Source: Tubiluchus corallicola
Taxonomy: Eukaryota; Animalia; Priapulida
NCBI GenBank assembly: GCA_030141605.1
Contig: JAQGDQ010000114.1
Coordinates: 62,001 to 126,000 of the forward strand
Direction: 5' to 3'
DNA length: 64,000 nucleotides
The notes under the pieces were generated by a model. It made no database searches and was not told where the DNA came from. It saw only the letters and a program-made list of their open reading frames with translations. Positions within the stretch are counted from its first letter, which is position 1. Every line of letters starts with the position of its first letter. Positions 1-23,100 of this stretch are shown here, piece by piece. The position numbers and the translations under genes were made by a program.

Positions 1-238
1 GTTCTCAACAACTTTACAATTCTCCCCACTCTCCAGTTTCTCCATATTTTATTCAACATTTGAAAAAGCAGCTTATTTTAAAGCCATTATGCAACCAAGA
101 TTTATTAAGAAGACTCATTAAACATACAAGTGCAAAAAAAAACTTCCGTATAAAAACAGAGGCTAAAACAAGATGCAAAAAACAATTGTACAAGAAATTG
201 TGAAATTAGCAAGCTACATTGTCAACAGCACTACATAC

Positions 239-7786
<7,548 letters not shown>

Positions 7787-8162
7787 CTTAAAAATAACAA
7801 CATTACTAGTTGTAAGTAAAAATGTATAGACATTAAGATCACGAAGTTAAAGGTAATTCTCATTTTTTGAAAAAAGCTTAGGATGTGCAGCAAAACCCAG
7901 TCGTAAATGAATACAATACAATATCAGCAAAATAACCAGGATGCCATGAATAATAATTACAGGTAAGCCATCTACCAGCATTCAATGCTTTCTATATATC
8001 AAGATGATATGTTTAAAGATAAATACTATGTTTCCAAAAAAACGTAATTTTATTTAAGGCAAAAATGCACCAATTCAAGCTTAGAGGTAACTATTTATCA
8101 AAAATAAAATGAAAATATTTCGTTCTCGAACCAAACTGTAAAAACAGTAACATTTTACACAC

Positions 8163-8232
8163 TCAGCTCTTTAAGCTCCTTGCTCAACTCTAGAAAATTG
8201 ACTCGATTTCTCCACATATTGTCCTTGTCCAT
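8163..8232 (-). CDS. EML: EML alternative first coding exon D (MDKDNMWRNRVNFLELSKELKEL)
   Basis: ATG-initiated helical-looking peptide ending CTG A|gtgtgt (phase 1, weaker donor); acceptor at about 8304 and a likely non-coding exon ending at 8581. Confidence 0.5.
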
Positions 8233-11200
8233 TTATATACCAGCTGAATGAGAGTTCCGCACTGACTAAAGCACACCCTAGCCGCTTCTGCAATGTTCCA
8301 CGACTGAACAGAACAAGACTTAACAATCTTGCAACTTGCAGAACTAATGAAAAATCAAGATGCCTGCCAAGCTACTTGTGAATAATTCATCAGTTGTCTT
8401 TGACCAAGAACACCAATTATGCATTATCAAAATTAATTGTGCCAGACATTATGACAAATTAACCAAAAAGCATCCTTTAGAAAAGCACCCATGGGAACTG
8501 TAATGATCACAACTCACAAGGGCAACTCTAGAAATCAGAAATAATTAAGAAAAGAAAAACTGGTAAAATGTGGCTTTTACGCCTGAGTTCGTAAATCTGC
8601 AGCTGCTTGACAAACGCATGGAAATTTTCTGGATCAGCTTTTGTTTGGACGAGACTTTCTGGATCGTCTTTTGTCAGGATGAGATCACCCGAAACAACCG
8701 TCTCCCCTCAAAGAGACTACATTCAATCTTCAACTAAACGATTTCAACACACATTATTCGAACAGGGTTCAAGATCATCATGCATATCTAAATTGAATAG
8801 GCCTACCGTAGCCAAAGCAAATAACTACACTGCATTAGGTAACTGTATATCACTAACATATCTTTAAGATCATAAAATGAGATAGATGCGACTTATAATT
8901 TTGTTTTCTGAATTTGTGCTGTTGCTGGCAATTGGATTAACCACAACATAAACAGAATAAAATGAAGATGTACACTGGTACTGTGATTGGATTTATTAGC
9001 CTTAGTTACCTTAGCATTTCTTGAACTTGTTAGACAAATACACAGACAGTTAACATTTCATGTTGGACTTCAATCTGCATCATGATATCATTGTAATCTG
9101 AATTCTACAAATACTGATATGAATCCATTCAGTGAGAATTCACCTTCTTTTTTGTTTTGTTATTAAATCGCTTATTATGATAGAGTTTGTTATTCTAAAA
9201 CATGACAAACAAAATAAAACTGTAGAATTAAAGCAAATAAACAAAAAGACACAAGCAAATTCACAAGTCTTTTTACCAAAACTAAATTCTTATTGGCAAA
9301 TTCTCACATGTTGGCATTCAAATTATATTACAGAGCAGAATCAAAATAGCTTACAATTCACATCAGGATTACTCTTGTTGTTGAAAATTGGAGTGCAAAT
9401 CAACCTACTGGCTTACAATACCCTTTTATAAGAGGCCTGTTTCTCTTTCAGCATGCCAAGTAAAATGATTAAAATTTCCTGTCATTAATAGTGAAGCAAT
9501 TTACCCACATAAACCCAGTTAGCTTATACACATCATGGAATAAATTACTTGAAACGACAAATGTGTATTGATCTGGTCAGAAGAAATAGAGCTAAGCAGT
9601 CAACCATGTGCAGCATATACCTACCCCATGAGGAAGAACTGTACGTACTAATGCTAATTGCATTTAAACTGTTCTGCATCTTCTATAAAGCTATTAGCAC
9701 TCAGATGAACAGCGAAAATTTAGAAAATTGAACTAAACGATGAGTGATACCCAAAACTACCACACTACAGAACTCTAGCAGATTATATGCAGCTTTTGAA
9801 TGCAAGAAATAATAGCAGTCATGATGATACTATCACACTTGTCATGATTGGTAAACTAGTCTTCATTAATGTTAGCAAGTCATCTAATCGATTAATTGCA
9901 TTTCAAATTGTACTAAAACTGCACTTTGGCTCAAACCAGTTGACAAAACTGCAGTATACTGTTTCCAGATAAACCAGCAAAACAGCCAAAGCTAATCTCT
10001 GGCATTGCAAATGCACAATGCCAGTAATAACCATGTAACACAATAACAGGTAATATATGGCATCCAAAGCACTTTACATTAACTGTATGGAAAACACGCC
10101 ATAGATTTTGCACACAGTTTTAACGCTTGACAGACAGATTCTGCAGCACTGTTAAAGTTTACTCTGCTCTTAACAATATTGATTATTCTGCTTCTTCACC
10201 AGTAGTTCAAAATTAAGCAATCTATTGTCAGGCAGCCATTAATAGCAGCACACTAGAACAGAGTCGTGCCTCTTGTCTTGTGCAGCCATATATAGCCATA
10301 CTGCACATGTCCAATTACTGAAAGTAAACGCCAATACGGGAGCATGGGATCAATGATTCTCTGCTTTCCGCTTTCTGAGCAGACAAATTAGGATAATTTC
10401 AACAGATAATCTCAACAATAACACACTTATAACAGCATGCTGCAGACCAGTAAATACCAACACAGATTATGATTAGACTAGCTACTTCTGGTCAGTCAGT
10501 AAGAATCTCAAATTTAGGAGCTGATATAATTATGACCACGACTTTATAATCCAATAACAATACATAATAAGAATATTAACCATTATAATGAAGATGTACT
10601 TCTTTAAAAACTAGTGAAATGAAACTATAAAAAATGCTGTAGCAAGCACACCTAATCCAAATTATAACGTTGGCTAATTCTTTGTATTTGAACACATCTT
10701 TAATGAAGAAATTTTGATCTTAGCTTTGATTTTGAAGCTAGGCTTGGCGAAAAGATAATTGAGTAATATGAAAACTATACTGCCACATCCAAGTAATTTA
10801 ACAAAAAGTTATAAGTTTATTTATATTCCACTCTGCATCTAACAAGTTAATGATAAAGTACCTTATCTGGGGATGAAAGCAGCAAAAATTTAATAATTAG
10901 TCAGTGTCTCAAAAAATGATTTCATCAACAGTGGTAGTAATGACGAAATTTGCTAGCAATGCTGCTGCATTACCAAATCATAAAATTTTTAGAAAGTTCA
11001 GAACACATAAAAGTTTTGACAGATGTGCAATCAAAATGTATATTCTTACAGTTTATGATTGACCAACCAGAGTGTGAGAGTTACCAGACAACATGTCAAG
11101 ACATCCCTGCTTTTTATAATGCTTCAGAACAAGTAAAGCCTCGGGGTCTTACACCCAATGAGTGATCACCATTAAATATCCGCTCAGTTACTCCTGACCT

Positions 11201-11327
11201 ACAGTTATTTAGTTCCAAAGAAATCATTATAACTTAAATGTCAAATCAAGCACAAAATTAAATTAAATAAATCACTGTGTAAATTAAACCTGTGGGTACG
11301 GAAACCACAAGTGGCGGAAAAACCTAC

Positions 11328-11400
11328 CTTGGTGTTCATCCATCTCTCTGATGCTGCTACACCAATACGCTAATTCCACTGGCTGCATTAATTCCTCCAT
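11328..11400 (-). CDS. EML: EML alternative first coding exon C (MEELMQPVELAYWCSSIREMDEHQ)
   Basis: aaaATG GAG...CAA G|gtaggt, phase 1; upstream acceptor near 11605 and a possible non-coding exon at 11997-12036 (gtgagt donor). Confidence 0.65.
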
Positions 11401-14400
11401 TTTACTATCTCGAAAATGTTATAACAATACAAAAGTGGCTGGGCTAAATGCAAAGAAATGCCTTCTTCAGTTTTGGGAGCATGCACACGCTAAGAAAGCT
11501 GATCCTGAATTAACAGTACTCAACACGTTGACTAGGTTTACATTGACACACCTTGTGATGTACTTGCTTTGTGTTTGCTTGATTTAACCAGTAAATCATA
11601 TAGTCTTGAAAAACAAAGGATTTGTGGGAGTAATTGTAGATATCAATGAAGATTTTACGTTGAAAAAGATAAGAAAATAAGAAATTGGGTTAACATAATG
11701 TTTTGTTAAAAATCAATATGAAATAGCACAAAAATCAGACCCATTAAGTCATATTAAGACATCAAACAGTCAAGACATATTAAGTTATAATGGCATAAAA
11801 AATTTAATGTGAGGTTTAAATCATACTCATAGTATATACATTTAGTAACGTAAAACAGCCCAATACAGTACCACCCACATAAAGTTCACAGTCCAAACAT
11901 TTCACTTTTGTTTGATAATTTATACAGTACACTCAGGCAGGCACTAAGCATATCAAGAGAACTACAGTAAAGTCAACTAAAGCAAGTTTCACTCACGCAA
12001 CTGTCCAGTGTCCACACTCTACACAAATAACGGAACCTGAACCCAACAAAGAACCTTTACTTTTAAAGGAGGCACCAGTTTTTTTCTTTGCACAATAAAA
12101 AGGTGTCCTAGTTTCAATGGAGCATTTAAATCGAAATGCAGTATGCCATTGATTGTTTGTTAAAATTGCTCCCTGTTTGTATGCCTAGAGTTTAAGCCAG
12201 TTTGTCTGTTTTGAAGTTGCATTCAATTATGCAACATATGCAATGCATAAGTAATGGTCACAGATGCATTATATCTACCCCTCACAGTCATAGGCTCACA
12301 TATAAAAAACTCTGTTACAGCACAGCTTGATATCTTGAAAAACACCGATACAACAAATTTAGAAAAACACATCACAATTTCAATAGATACGATTATAGAA
12401 AACAGACAACTTCATGAATAATATACACTTCCACAATGTTATTCAAGACAAGTAGCCAATACTTTGACATTTAGTTCATACTGATAAATGCTGCATGTTT
12501 GGATCAGCTTTTTTGCACCAATATTTAACACACATTGCAGGCCAAATAAACCTGTCAAATGTGATATATTATTATTGTTCTTGAGATAAAATATTCCACA
12601 TGGTTATTTTGCCAGGGTGTGTTGTTAACCTATTTCTTACTTTCCTAAGTGTTCTAGTGGGATTTTATAAATTATGAATACCGAACTGTCACAAAACATA
12701 AGCTCATTTCAAACATCTGTAACAATTGAACATACACTATTTTAGCAATCTCAGAATGACGTATACGAATAATGCAAAGTACACAACGTAGCATTTTTAT
12801 ACACTTTACATTAAGTACATAAAAATTAATCAGTGAGAATGAACACACTATCCACAAAACTATTTAGAAACAATCTGAAACACCACTTATGCGAGATCCT
12901 GCTAAAAACACAATGTATGCAAAATTCTCTCGATTCCACGCTATGAAAAGCCACTAACGCATTTTGTTTGACAAGCTTTTATGAATACGCTGACTTCACA
13001 TGGTCATACTTTCAAACAAGATCAGCACGATATATTTATGCAGCTAAATTGGAAAATAAGAGGTGGACGCCTAGGGGCTGAGTTCCATTCAGATTTGTTA
13101 AATGCAGAAAACAGGAAATTTAGTAAATCATTTAAGTCAAGGTCATTGTCTGAGCATGATAGGAGGCTTGGGGAGTGCAATAATAATTAAGAATGTATAA
13201 CAGTAAAACGCGGGCGAAGGGAGGTGTCTGTGGTGGTATAACACTCACTGTGTGCACAAAGGCAAATAATGGCTAGGCAAATTAACTTGTAAATTGAAGG
13301 TCGCCACAAAGGGAATTTTTAAAAAGGTCGTCTAGAACTGATGTTAGCAATCACATGATACTGTTTCTTCTAGGCAAAAAAGAGTATAGCCAATGAAACA
13401 ATTCACTAAGGCACTCCAGCACTAAGGCAGATGTATATATATATATATGTATAAGTGTAAAGTCTTTTGGCTTAGCTAAGCTCTAATACAGCGAAATGTA
13501 AACTTAAAGTAGTAGATAAATAAGAGTAATCAAATCAGTATGAATAGGGATAAAGAACTTGTATACAAATGCTGATAAGCAAACTGTGAAAGCTTATGAT
13601 AATTATCAATGAGTTACAGTGACACAAATATCAAATAAACAGTATCAGAGGGTATACATAGTTCAAGAATGTTTATATAGCACTGCATTTTATTACCAGT
13701 TCTAAGAAAACAGAAATGACTGAAACGTTCATGCAAAATACTTCAAAACATGTACCCATACTCTTAGTAATGGAATTTTCCTAAAATTATTAAACTTTGA
13801 AACTAGCTTTTGTCAAAAAAAAATATGAAAAGGTTGGGAATTAATTTGATTTGAATTGGGTCATTCAGATGTAAATACCATTGCCTCAAGGCATCTACTA
13901 CATATAAACCTTCGGCTTAAGATACTTATTAATTTTCCATAACTTTTCAGCAAATTAACTGGTACTATAATACATATAGTCCAAATTAATTTGAGAAAAC
14001 ACATTCTTTTTGTAATATAATACTGAATGAGAAAAATTTCAAAAGTAAGTTGCCGAATACTGATGTCTCTCTATTTATTCTCTCTCAGTGTATTCTATTT
14101 TAATGGACATAGTTAAATTTAACAAAAGGAAAAAACTATTCACCAAATTTATTCATTGCTTGCATTTATAACATTGCCTACTTCAAACTTTATAAAGTTT
14201 GTGCCCATTTTTTATAAGAGAATGTCAGGCCATGCAATTTACCAACACAGCTGTAGTAAACAGTACCATCTGTTTAATGCTCCAAGCAGTTGCTTGAATA
14301 AACAAGCCATGACAGCAAATCAGTATCATAAACATGTCACTTACACAAATAATTATGCAGCACCAATAAGAATTGCAGCTCAGATTTATTTTTCAGCAGC

Positions 14401-14998
14401 TGGCACAGACTTAGCAACCAGCCAACATAGACGAATCTGATGCAACTAAAAAACAATGATAGCAAATGATAACAACCAGACCAGACTCACACAGCTGTGC
14501 AGTGTGGTTCCAGAATTTGATAAGGATGATTGTCTATAATCAATATAAAATTGACAAAATGCAAGCTCACTTTTAATTACTACACCTCTAATGCTACCTG
14601 GACTGCCTCATTGCTTGCAGAAATCAAATTTCTTTCACATAGGCACGAGATAAAACTTGCATCAAAAGTTTCTAAAATAGTCCACAAGATGGCTCCTGCA
14701 TTACATACGTGTAGGCACTCTATACAAGATAGAACAACAGAAAAACCATTGTCATATTCATAGCTGAAAACCACGTTAAAATTCCTAAAGTTCAAACACA
14801 CACAGGTATGGGCTCACATATTTTCAATATGAAGCTGCTTATATTTGGAAGAACTTGCTAAATGAGTTGTGGAATGAGCAGTTAAGAAACTGAAAGAATT
14901 ATGCAGGAACTTTAATTTATACACAAAGTTTTCAGCAGTAGTTAGATTTATTTTATTTTACAAAAGTTTTTGGTCAATGTTTTCTAATTTCAAATATT

Positions 14999-17950
14999 TC
15001 ATAGACATAGACATTTTATTTATCTCCTCATTTACAGCAGAATACAAGTAAACTATTATTGCTATAGTTATTAATTAAAAAGGATAAATTATGCATAGAG
15101 GAAAGAGTTAGAGGGGTGCAGCCGAAAGGGTAGCGAAAGACCAATTGGTCATCAAGTCAGCTACGCTTCTCAGGTTAGTGTAAATTGTAAAAAAATTGTA
15201 GTGCTGCTAATTGAAAGGTGAAATATAATTATGAAGTAAGCTAAGAAAATCAACTGTTAGCATAAATTTATAGGGGCAGAAATTAAACTTGAAAGTGAAA
15301 TAACTAAATAGGCTATGCAACAAAGAAGCATTAAAATAAAATCAAAAATATGAAATGATGATTAACAAAATATGTAAAGCATTTAACTAATCAATAAAAC
15401 ATAAAACAAACTAGAAGAAAGTCAAACCAAAAGAAAAAAAATAAAACAAATAAATCAGTGAAGGAAATAAAATATGCATGATAAAATCAAACTAAATATA
15501 AGGAAACAAAAATATGCAATAGTGCTTAATCAAATTATGTTAAGCATAATGCCAAGGACTATGGAACACAAGAACTAGTGCAGAAAAATGGAGTAAACAA
15601 AATATGAAATGAAATATGAGTATGCGACAAAAATAGACAATATGGCTCAAAAAAATATAATAAAACTTAATGATAACTGTGAAGCAATGAGCAAAATAAT
15701 TATAATAAAGTGAATATATATGTAGTGAGAAAAGCATAATAGTGAGAAAATGCAAGGAAAAACATAAGTGGTGCAGGCAAAAATATAAAAAATTATGTAT
15801 GAGAAAAAAAGTGTTGTAGCTGCTGGATTTGTTTGAAGATTATGTAAGACCTATTTCAATCATACTTCGACCTATTATATTGCATGTTTACCTTCCCTTT
15901 TCATAGCTGTGAAGAAATAATAATAACAATTTTACACTTTGATGAACAGATGTACTATGACGATATAATTATAGTTAATAGATTAGTACAAGGAGAATAC
16001 ATTAAAACTAACAGAGATGATTTATTAGAAATAGATCTTAGCAGAAAAGTCACACAGGATAATTAGAAATAAGAATGGATTTACAGTTAATTATCAAATA
16101 GCTAAAGGTGCCATTTTTTTAGTTCATTAGGCAGACTGTTCCATAACAAAGCACCTTGATAAGATAGAGATTTGTTAATATTAAATCTTTGTACATAGAA
16201 AGTTTGGTCAATGGCAAATTGTGTATGATACTCGTGCATCTGGGCTAATGATTTATTGTAATTCTGAAAAATTTCAGGAAGCATGTTATGTTTAAATCCA
16301 TATAAAAATTTGGCCATCTCTAATTTGTATATGTCCTGACGTTTTAAGATTTTATGCTGTTGGTATAAAGGTGCAACATGACTCTTATATTTGTACTTGT
16401 CCAAAGCTTTACAAATTTATTTTGATTAGTAATTAGGGGATACAATGTGGAATGGGGTGCTGAGCCATAGGTAAGTATGCTGTATTCTATATATGGTGAA
16501 AATAGGGAAGAATATAGAAGTTTTTCGAATCATAATCCAGGAATTGCCTAATTTTTGAAAAAATACCTATAATTTTACTGGTTTTATTAACAATATATTG
16601 TTATGAGCTTTCCATGAAAGATTGTGATCTATTAATACTCCTAGATATTTTATTTGTTGTACAGATTGTATCCTGGTATTTCCCATTGTCAAATGTAATG
16701 TCAATTTTTTTACTTTTCTGGGATTACCAATCATCATATATTTAGTTTTGGAATAGTTTATAGAAAGCCGGTTGGCTCTCATCCATAGATCTACTTTAGC
16801 TAATTCAACATTAAGAAATTCTTCTAGGTGATTTACGTTAGTATCAGAACTGAAAAAGTTAGTATCATCAGCAAAAAATCAGCATTAGTATGTAATTGAG
16901 TACTTAAAGGGAGATCATTTATGTAGAGTAAGAAAAAAATACATTTCATTTTATTTAATTTTGATTCATTTGCTGTGTGTCTTTACATCTCTAACCTCTA
17001 AGTTTTAAAATCATGTTGTTGTAGACAAAATGCTTGGATCTCGTTTTTAATGGATAATATTACTTTTAAACATTAATATTAATCAATTAGTTTATTTAAC
17101 TTTTCAAAATTGGATCGTCTGGCACTTCATATTAATCATGTGTAAAAATACAGGTTTTTTGTTCAATGTTATTTTATGACAATTGCCGAAAAAAGTTCCT
17201 CTGAGCTTGTGTTTTTTCAATGTAACTTGAAATAACCGAATTTTCTCATCTTAAAACCTTACCTTATTTGGTTAATCACAAGCTTTGCAATAGATTTTTG
17301 TGACTGCTGAATAACTATTCGGATAGTGACAATGAAGCTGGTGAAGTAACCAAACGGCTGTTCAGATGCCGTCTAAAATAAATTTCACTTCAAATAAGGG
17401 TGTAGGTAGTTGTTGAAAAGAAGCAGAAACTAGAGAGCTCTCACTAAGTTGATCAACGCTGAGATAAAAGGATTATAGACCATAAATTTCTGCTCAGCTA
17501 AGCAACATAATGAAACCATAAATTTACTGCTCAGTTAAGCAATGTAGTGAAGGCTCATGAGAGTTTATAGCTTCGTGAGACATAGATGTATAAAATTATA
17601 TTTTATAATGAACTTATACAAGAATCGAAAGTTGGAAAAAGCTAAAAAGCCATAGCTAAAAAAGTTGGAATCTTTGTTTCTTGGAAAACAAGGACAAAGA
17701 TGAGGATGCAAAAAACAAAGTGATCTAGAATACCGTAGTGTTGAACTGCTAACGCCAGTTAGCAGATTTACAGAGATATTGTAGTTTAAAATTTAATAAC
17801 AACATGAATGAGTAAGTTGCCAACTAATCACGGAAATGTCAATGAAGAGATAGTTCTGCCACAGCTAGCATGCCTCCTAAAGGTGTCACAAAAAGGCAAG
17901 GTAAATAGTGAACACGAAACGACGGTGGGCAGCTCGGCATTATCGAAATT
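14999..17950 (-). mobile_element. Decayed, internally deleted CR1/L2-group LINE
   Basis: Minus-strand RT C-terminus with frameshifts (FADDTN, LSINYSKTKYMMI, IKYLGVLIDHNLSWKAH, HVAPLYQQHKILK; about 16100-16930), ORF1-like remnant at about 17000-17450, long T-rich 3' UTR, GC-rich stem-loop at about 15110-15175, and AATAAA plus (TCTATG)n tail at about 15000; 5' boundary uncertain. Confidence 0.8.
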
Positions 17951-20170
17951 CACTGAGTGAACTGCCAGTATTTCATTATTTATATGGCACTAACAGAATC
18001 ATGGGGTCAGAATCTTTTTACTAATTTATTATCAAAACAAAATAGTTAAGTAGCCTGGAGCTTTTTTCAGATTTGCTACCAACAGTTATTACTATTGTCT
18101 GTCTAACCCTAAAAAATTAACTAAAACAGTAATAATAACCTTATACAGAAAAACCGGGTAATTCTGAACAATTACAATATTAATATTCATGTTGTGCAGT
18201 TTGTAACTTCCTATGCTTAAAAAGCTTTGTCTGGCATGGGAAAAACATGATCAACAGTCATGTAATAACTCAGTAGTCCATGTAAAAAAACTGAAGCTAG
18301 ACACAACAACATATAATCAATCATAAGCACAAGCAGCAAACATAATGTTGATTAGTTTTGAAAGCTGATTGAAAGGTTTAGCAAATATCGCTTGCTCAGT
18401 GAATGCGAATAAACGGATTACTACATAAGTAACATTACAAACAACTCAAGAATTTCAAAATCAACTTAGGTCTACACAATACTCTCCGAGTAAGTTGGCA
18501 ATTCACGTTTATCCAACTCACAATTACTTAGTTAATATAATATAGAAAAGCCCAAAATTCCACCAAAAATATAACTGAATAAACTTTTGGCAAATTCATA
18601 TCCTTCACTCACACAGAACTGGTTACACAACACTAGTAGATAAGAACAAAATTAGTGCTTGACATTTCTTGGAGAAAGCCTAGCTAAAGAGCTATTAATA
18701 TACTAATAATCAATATTAAGAAATTCATAAATTAACATTCAAGAACAATATAATATAAATACTCAAATGAAAGCAAGAATTTACTATGTTACTACGACCT
18801 TCACGATTTTGCCTTTAAAACCTTAATGGGACTCCAGGGATGGATTACAACGAGCAATAAATGCAAGCACTACCTGTTTTATTATCCCCAACACCTGTCT
18901 CCTTTTATAACCTTAATTTTCCTATTTTCCAAAACATAAATCTACAAGGCTTTCATATTTTTAAAAAATACAGTAGGTCACACAGGGATATTAATCTATC
19001 AAATTATAATTAAAATTTGCTTTATTTAACTAAGGTGATGACATTAGCTGTTTCTGTTTAAGTAAAGTTATGACATCAGCTATTTGACGTAAACTAAACA
19101 AGATAATTTATAAAGAAGTTTTCTCAAGTTTACCGATCTTGAGTTAACACAGCTTAAATTTGCTCAGTACTCAGTACCTCATTAGTTCAGTAGCGCATTA
19201 GCTCAGTACCCAAGTGGAAATTCACAGCAAAAAAAATAAGGTAAAACTTACAAAAGTACCAGAAACAGATTAGCCAGTTGTTTTTACTTGATAAGGAAAC
19301 TCCACAAGGACATTTTACGTTGCCATACTGGTGTGATAATCTATATCCTTATACTACGTTACTACTGCAGAAAAATGATGCTGGAAGGTGAAGATAATGC
19401 AAATGCAAAGTACCAGCAAATTCGTTTAGAATCAACAGTTTTACTACCTTAACAGCCAAGTACACATGGGCACCGTACCAAGTATAAACTAGTATGTTAC
19501 CAGTGTCAATTGCTATAGTGCTTCTGGTTACTTCTCTCATCGAGGGAGACCAAATATACATCTATCCATTATTAAGCCATCACAAATGATTATTCTCGAT
19601 GTTTAGCTGCATTCCAGTCCTGCCACAAACAACAACTAAGGTCATACAGTGGACTGAAAGGAATTTTGGATACCTGTTTGCAGCATGAAAACTTAGAAAA
19701 CTGAGAATATTCACTGAAAAACAGAGAAATAGTCCTTTCTCTGGTAATGGCCTGATATCAAATGCATTTAGGTTTTTATTATATGGTACAATATAGCTCT
19801 AGGCACTTCATACAGTGAGAGTTACACCTATAAAACATACAGTCATATAGGAAAAATATATAGGTAGTTGAAAAGAGTTGTTTTATTACAGATGCACAAA
19901 GGAATGTTAAATTCATCCTGCAGCTTTGTGCAGCAGTTTTTAAAGATAATGGCTACCTAGTGTCAGAAGGTAATTACTGCACTCTCACAGCACTGACAAC
20001 AAACACCTAGTACCTATGAAAAAGAGATGCAAGAAGACTGTAGCCAAACTGCATGCAAACAACTCAAAAATATAAACAATGTAATAATACAAATTAACAA
20101 GTTAGTGAGATTTTTTACAATGGGCGTAAAGCAAACACATTTTATCACTTCCTTTTTAAATACAACTTAC

Positions 20171-20204
20171 CAGCTATTGATGGCATTATGACCAATCCAT
20201 CCAT
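20171..20204 (-). CDS. EML: EML alternative first coding exon B (MDGLVIMPSIA)
   Basis: gaaATG GAT...GCT G|gtaagt, consensus donor, phase 1. Confidence 0.65.
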
Positions 20205-23057
20205 TTCTTCTTCAGAAAATTAAATCTGTACCTTGAGGTTCCATACCAACTAGCGAAATTTGTTATTTATTGCATATGAACAGATTGAACACCCACTACA
20301 TAATAAAACACTTAGCTCACAAACAGCACACAGAACGTATCTGCCAGCTCAGGGTTCAAAAGCACTGATTAAATGGATTATAAGGCTGACAGAAAGATCA
20401 TTAATTCAGCACACGATACTTAGACTTTAGCAGCACAACAGCTGTCACAATGTAATTTCACCTAATTATAATATTATCATTTCCAGATACAGATTAACTG
20501 TGTTTCACCACTGATACGATTACGTATTGCCTTTAACACAAGAAAATCCTGACATAGCACACACAAACATGTCTTTTGTCACACAGACAACACAACAGTC
20601 TTTTTGATATTATTTAAACAAATTGGCATTTAGCGATGTTATAGTTTTGAACAAAAACATCCAGACCAATAAACTGCGCACACCTTCTGCGACTGCGACC
20701 AGTAAACTAAGTTGGATTCAACCAACAGCTCTGTAAGTAGTGGCAACTCAAACACTTATGCCGGAAGTTGTTTATATAAGAAGTAGCACTAGGATGCCCT
20801 TATCATACTCAAAGATTCTCTTTCACACGTATCAGTGTGGGAGAAGTCAGCAATAGCTACTAAAACAGTTTTTGGAGAACATCTGTGTTATGTTAAAAGC
20901 TAATAAAAATATCTAAAGTTGACGTTAGGAGAAAAGAATTTTCACTTTAATTTTTGCTTTTATATTCTAGACTTAGTAGCTGTAAATAACAGTAATAATA
21001 ACAGAATTTCTTACAGTTATAATTCAGAGAAAAAACGTAATGAAATAATTTACGTTGATATCAAATAAATAGCAAAATTAAATTCTGTGAATTGTTTCGA
21101 AATTGCAACTTTTGTTAATGAAAAGCATTGAATCAGAATTTAGTTCAGAAAGGTATAAATTTAAAAAAATATTTAAAAATTTCCTTCTGTAGGACACACT
21201 TTACAGTTGATATCTAGATTCTGAATTTCATGAATTACTAACTTCCATTTTTAGTGTATAAAATTGTAAAATAATTATAAAATAATTTATCCATTATCAA
21301 TAAGCACAAAATAGACTATTACTAATAGATACAAGTGATATGGCTGATAACACCAGATTTCCCATGGATCAATCAATTGAAAATTCATCAATCTCTCACA
21401 AAGGCACAATAAAAGTGCACAATGCACTAGCACACAACATCGGCATCAAATTTTTTCTTTTTTAAGAACCCAGTGTTTCAAAGCAATTATTGTCTGTACT
21501 ATTAACCTCAATAATTGCACACGCAATGCTACAATAAGACAATTAGAAATCATTCAAACTGTTTCTGAAAAGTGGCACTCTTTAAATTTGAACAAGCTAT
21601 ATTTCACTGTGTCACAGACAATGCTCAATATTACAGTAAGACGGTTTTGAACTGCTAAGCTATTTAATGCCATTAAGGGTATCAGTTGCAGAGGGAGGCA
21701 AGAACAATCCACAAAGCTCTACGAATACATGAAAAGTGGTAAATATTTTCAGCAAAAATTGCTAAATAAAACAATGTAATTATTTGATATTGTAGTATTG
21801 TACATAAAAATAAATTATAAAAATGTGACCGATTAAACACCGATTTCTGAGCAAGCAGAAATGTATTCCACCCTCATTAGAAATGAGTAAAACCAAGACT
21901 ACAATCCTATTAGCTTGGGGGCATGTATACAATGAACAAGCGTTAGGTATAGTTGGAGAGACACGCTTCAAGCAGTCCTATCTGTTCACTTGAAATAGCT
22001 TATGGGTTTACATAAGGACCGCCGTAATGCTCTAGCAAACTTAGAAAAAGTTCATAGTTCAATGATCCTACACGACTGTTTTGACAGCAGCACACTAAAA
22101 TGCATGCGGAAGACATCCAATAGCAAATGAAAATAATAAAAGCATATTTTAATGAAGTACAAAAGCAACCTATTCAAAGTTTAATAAAGTCAATTCATCC
22201 ACATTGAATTCACAAAAGCACAAATAGAAAACTTTATGGATTAACAGTTTGTAGTGGAAGTTAAATGCAGAGGAACTAAGACTGCAAGCATATTACCTGC
22301 AATAAACAGGTGGATAGGCAAAATAAAAATGTGTGAAAATAGGCAGATTATAACAGCGATGATATTGTTGGTTGAAACAATAATATGATTCATTTAAGAG
22401 GATCATGATTCATGAGTAGCAGAAAATCCAATACTCTCACATTGAAATGGTATAAGAGAAAAAATAGTCATATGTAAAATGTGGAATATCAGCTCAAAAA
22501 AAATAAAAGCATAGGGTAGAATAAAAGTACAGGGCATCAATTTGATGAAATATTAATAAAGGTACAGAGTGAAATAGCAATTACACAATTGCAGATTGAT
22601 GCAATGTAAAATACAAAAATTACCAAGTATGTAAAAGCTTACTACTTTTGTAAAAATGTGACTTGTTTTGTAGAAACTCCATGCCTATTTTTGTGTAATA
22701 CAAGGTTACTATTTTTGTCAAAAATTCCCACTTTTGTAAAAACAACCGGGCCACTAATTCTGTAAAAGCATTAACCACTTTCGTCAAGATATTACTTTCT
22801 GCATTGCGGTGTTGATAACAGATATGTATTGCTGGTAGGTTGATGTCATTTGACCATCTTTTTATAATATATAATTAACTACAAGCAACTAATCACAGAA
22901 ATTAAAAATACTATTCATTTCTGTAAGCAAAAGTTAAATGACTGGTTACCTTTATAGCTTTTACAATGATTAGGAAAGGTTCGCCAATCTTGGAAAAAGA
23001 AATGTTTTGAATCTTTAAATATTTTATTTCAGCCAGAGGAGCCACTATGTACCTCAC

Positions 23058-23100
23058 CTTCTGCAAAGAGGCCCACTCTAACCTGGAAATGTCCTATCAT
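23058..23100 (-). CDS. EML: Candidate EML alternative first coding exon (MIGHFQVRVGLFAE)
   Basis: ATG...GCA GAA G|gtgagg, strong phase-1 donor, in frame with exon 7637-7786; no other support. Confidence 0.3.

Noticed and set aside
8581-8730. Open 42-codon frame ending in a phase-1 donor
   Set aside because: Immediately preceded by TGA and lacks an ATG; interpreted as a 5' UTR exon
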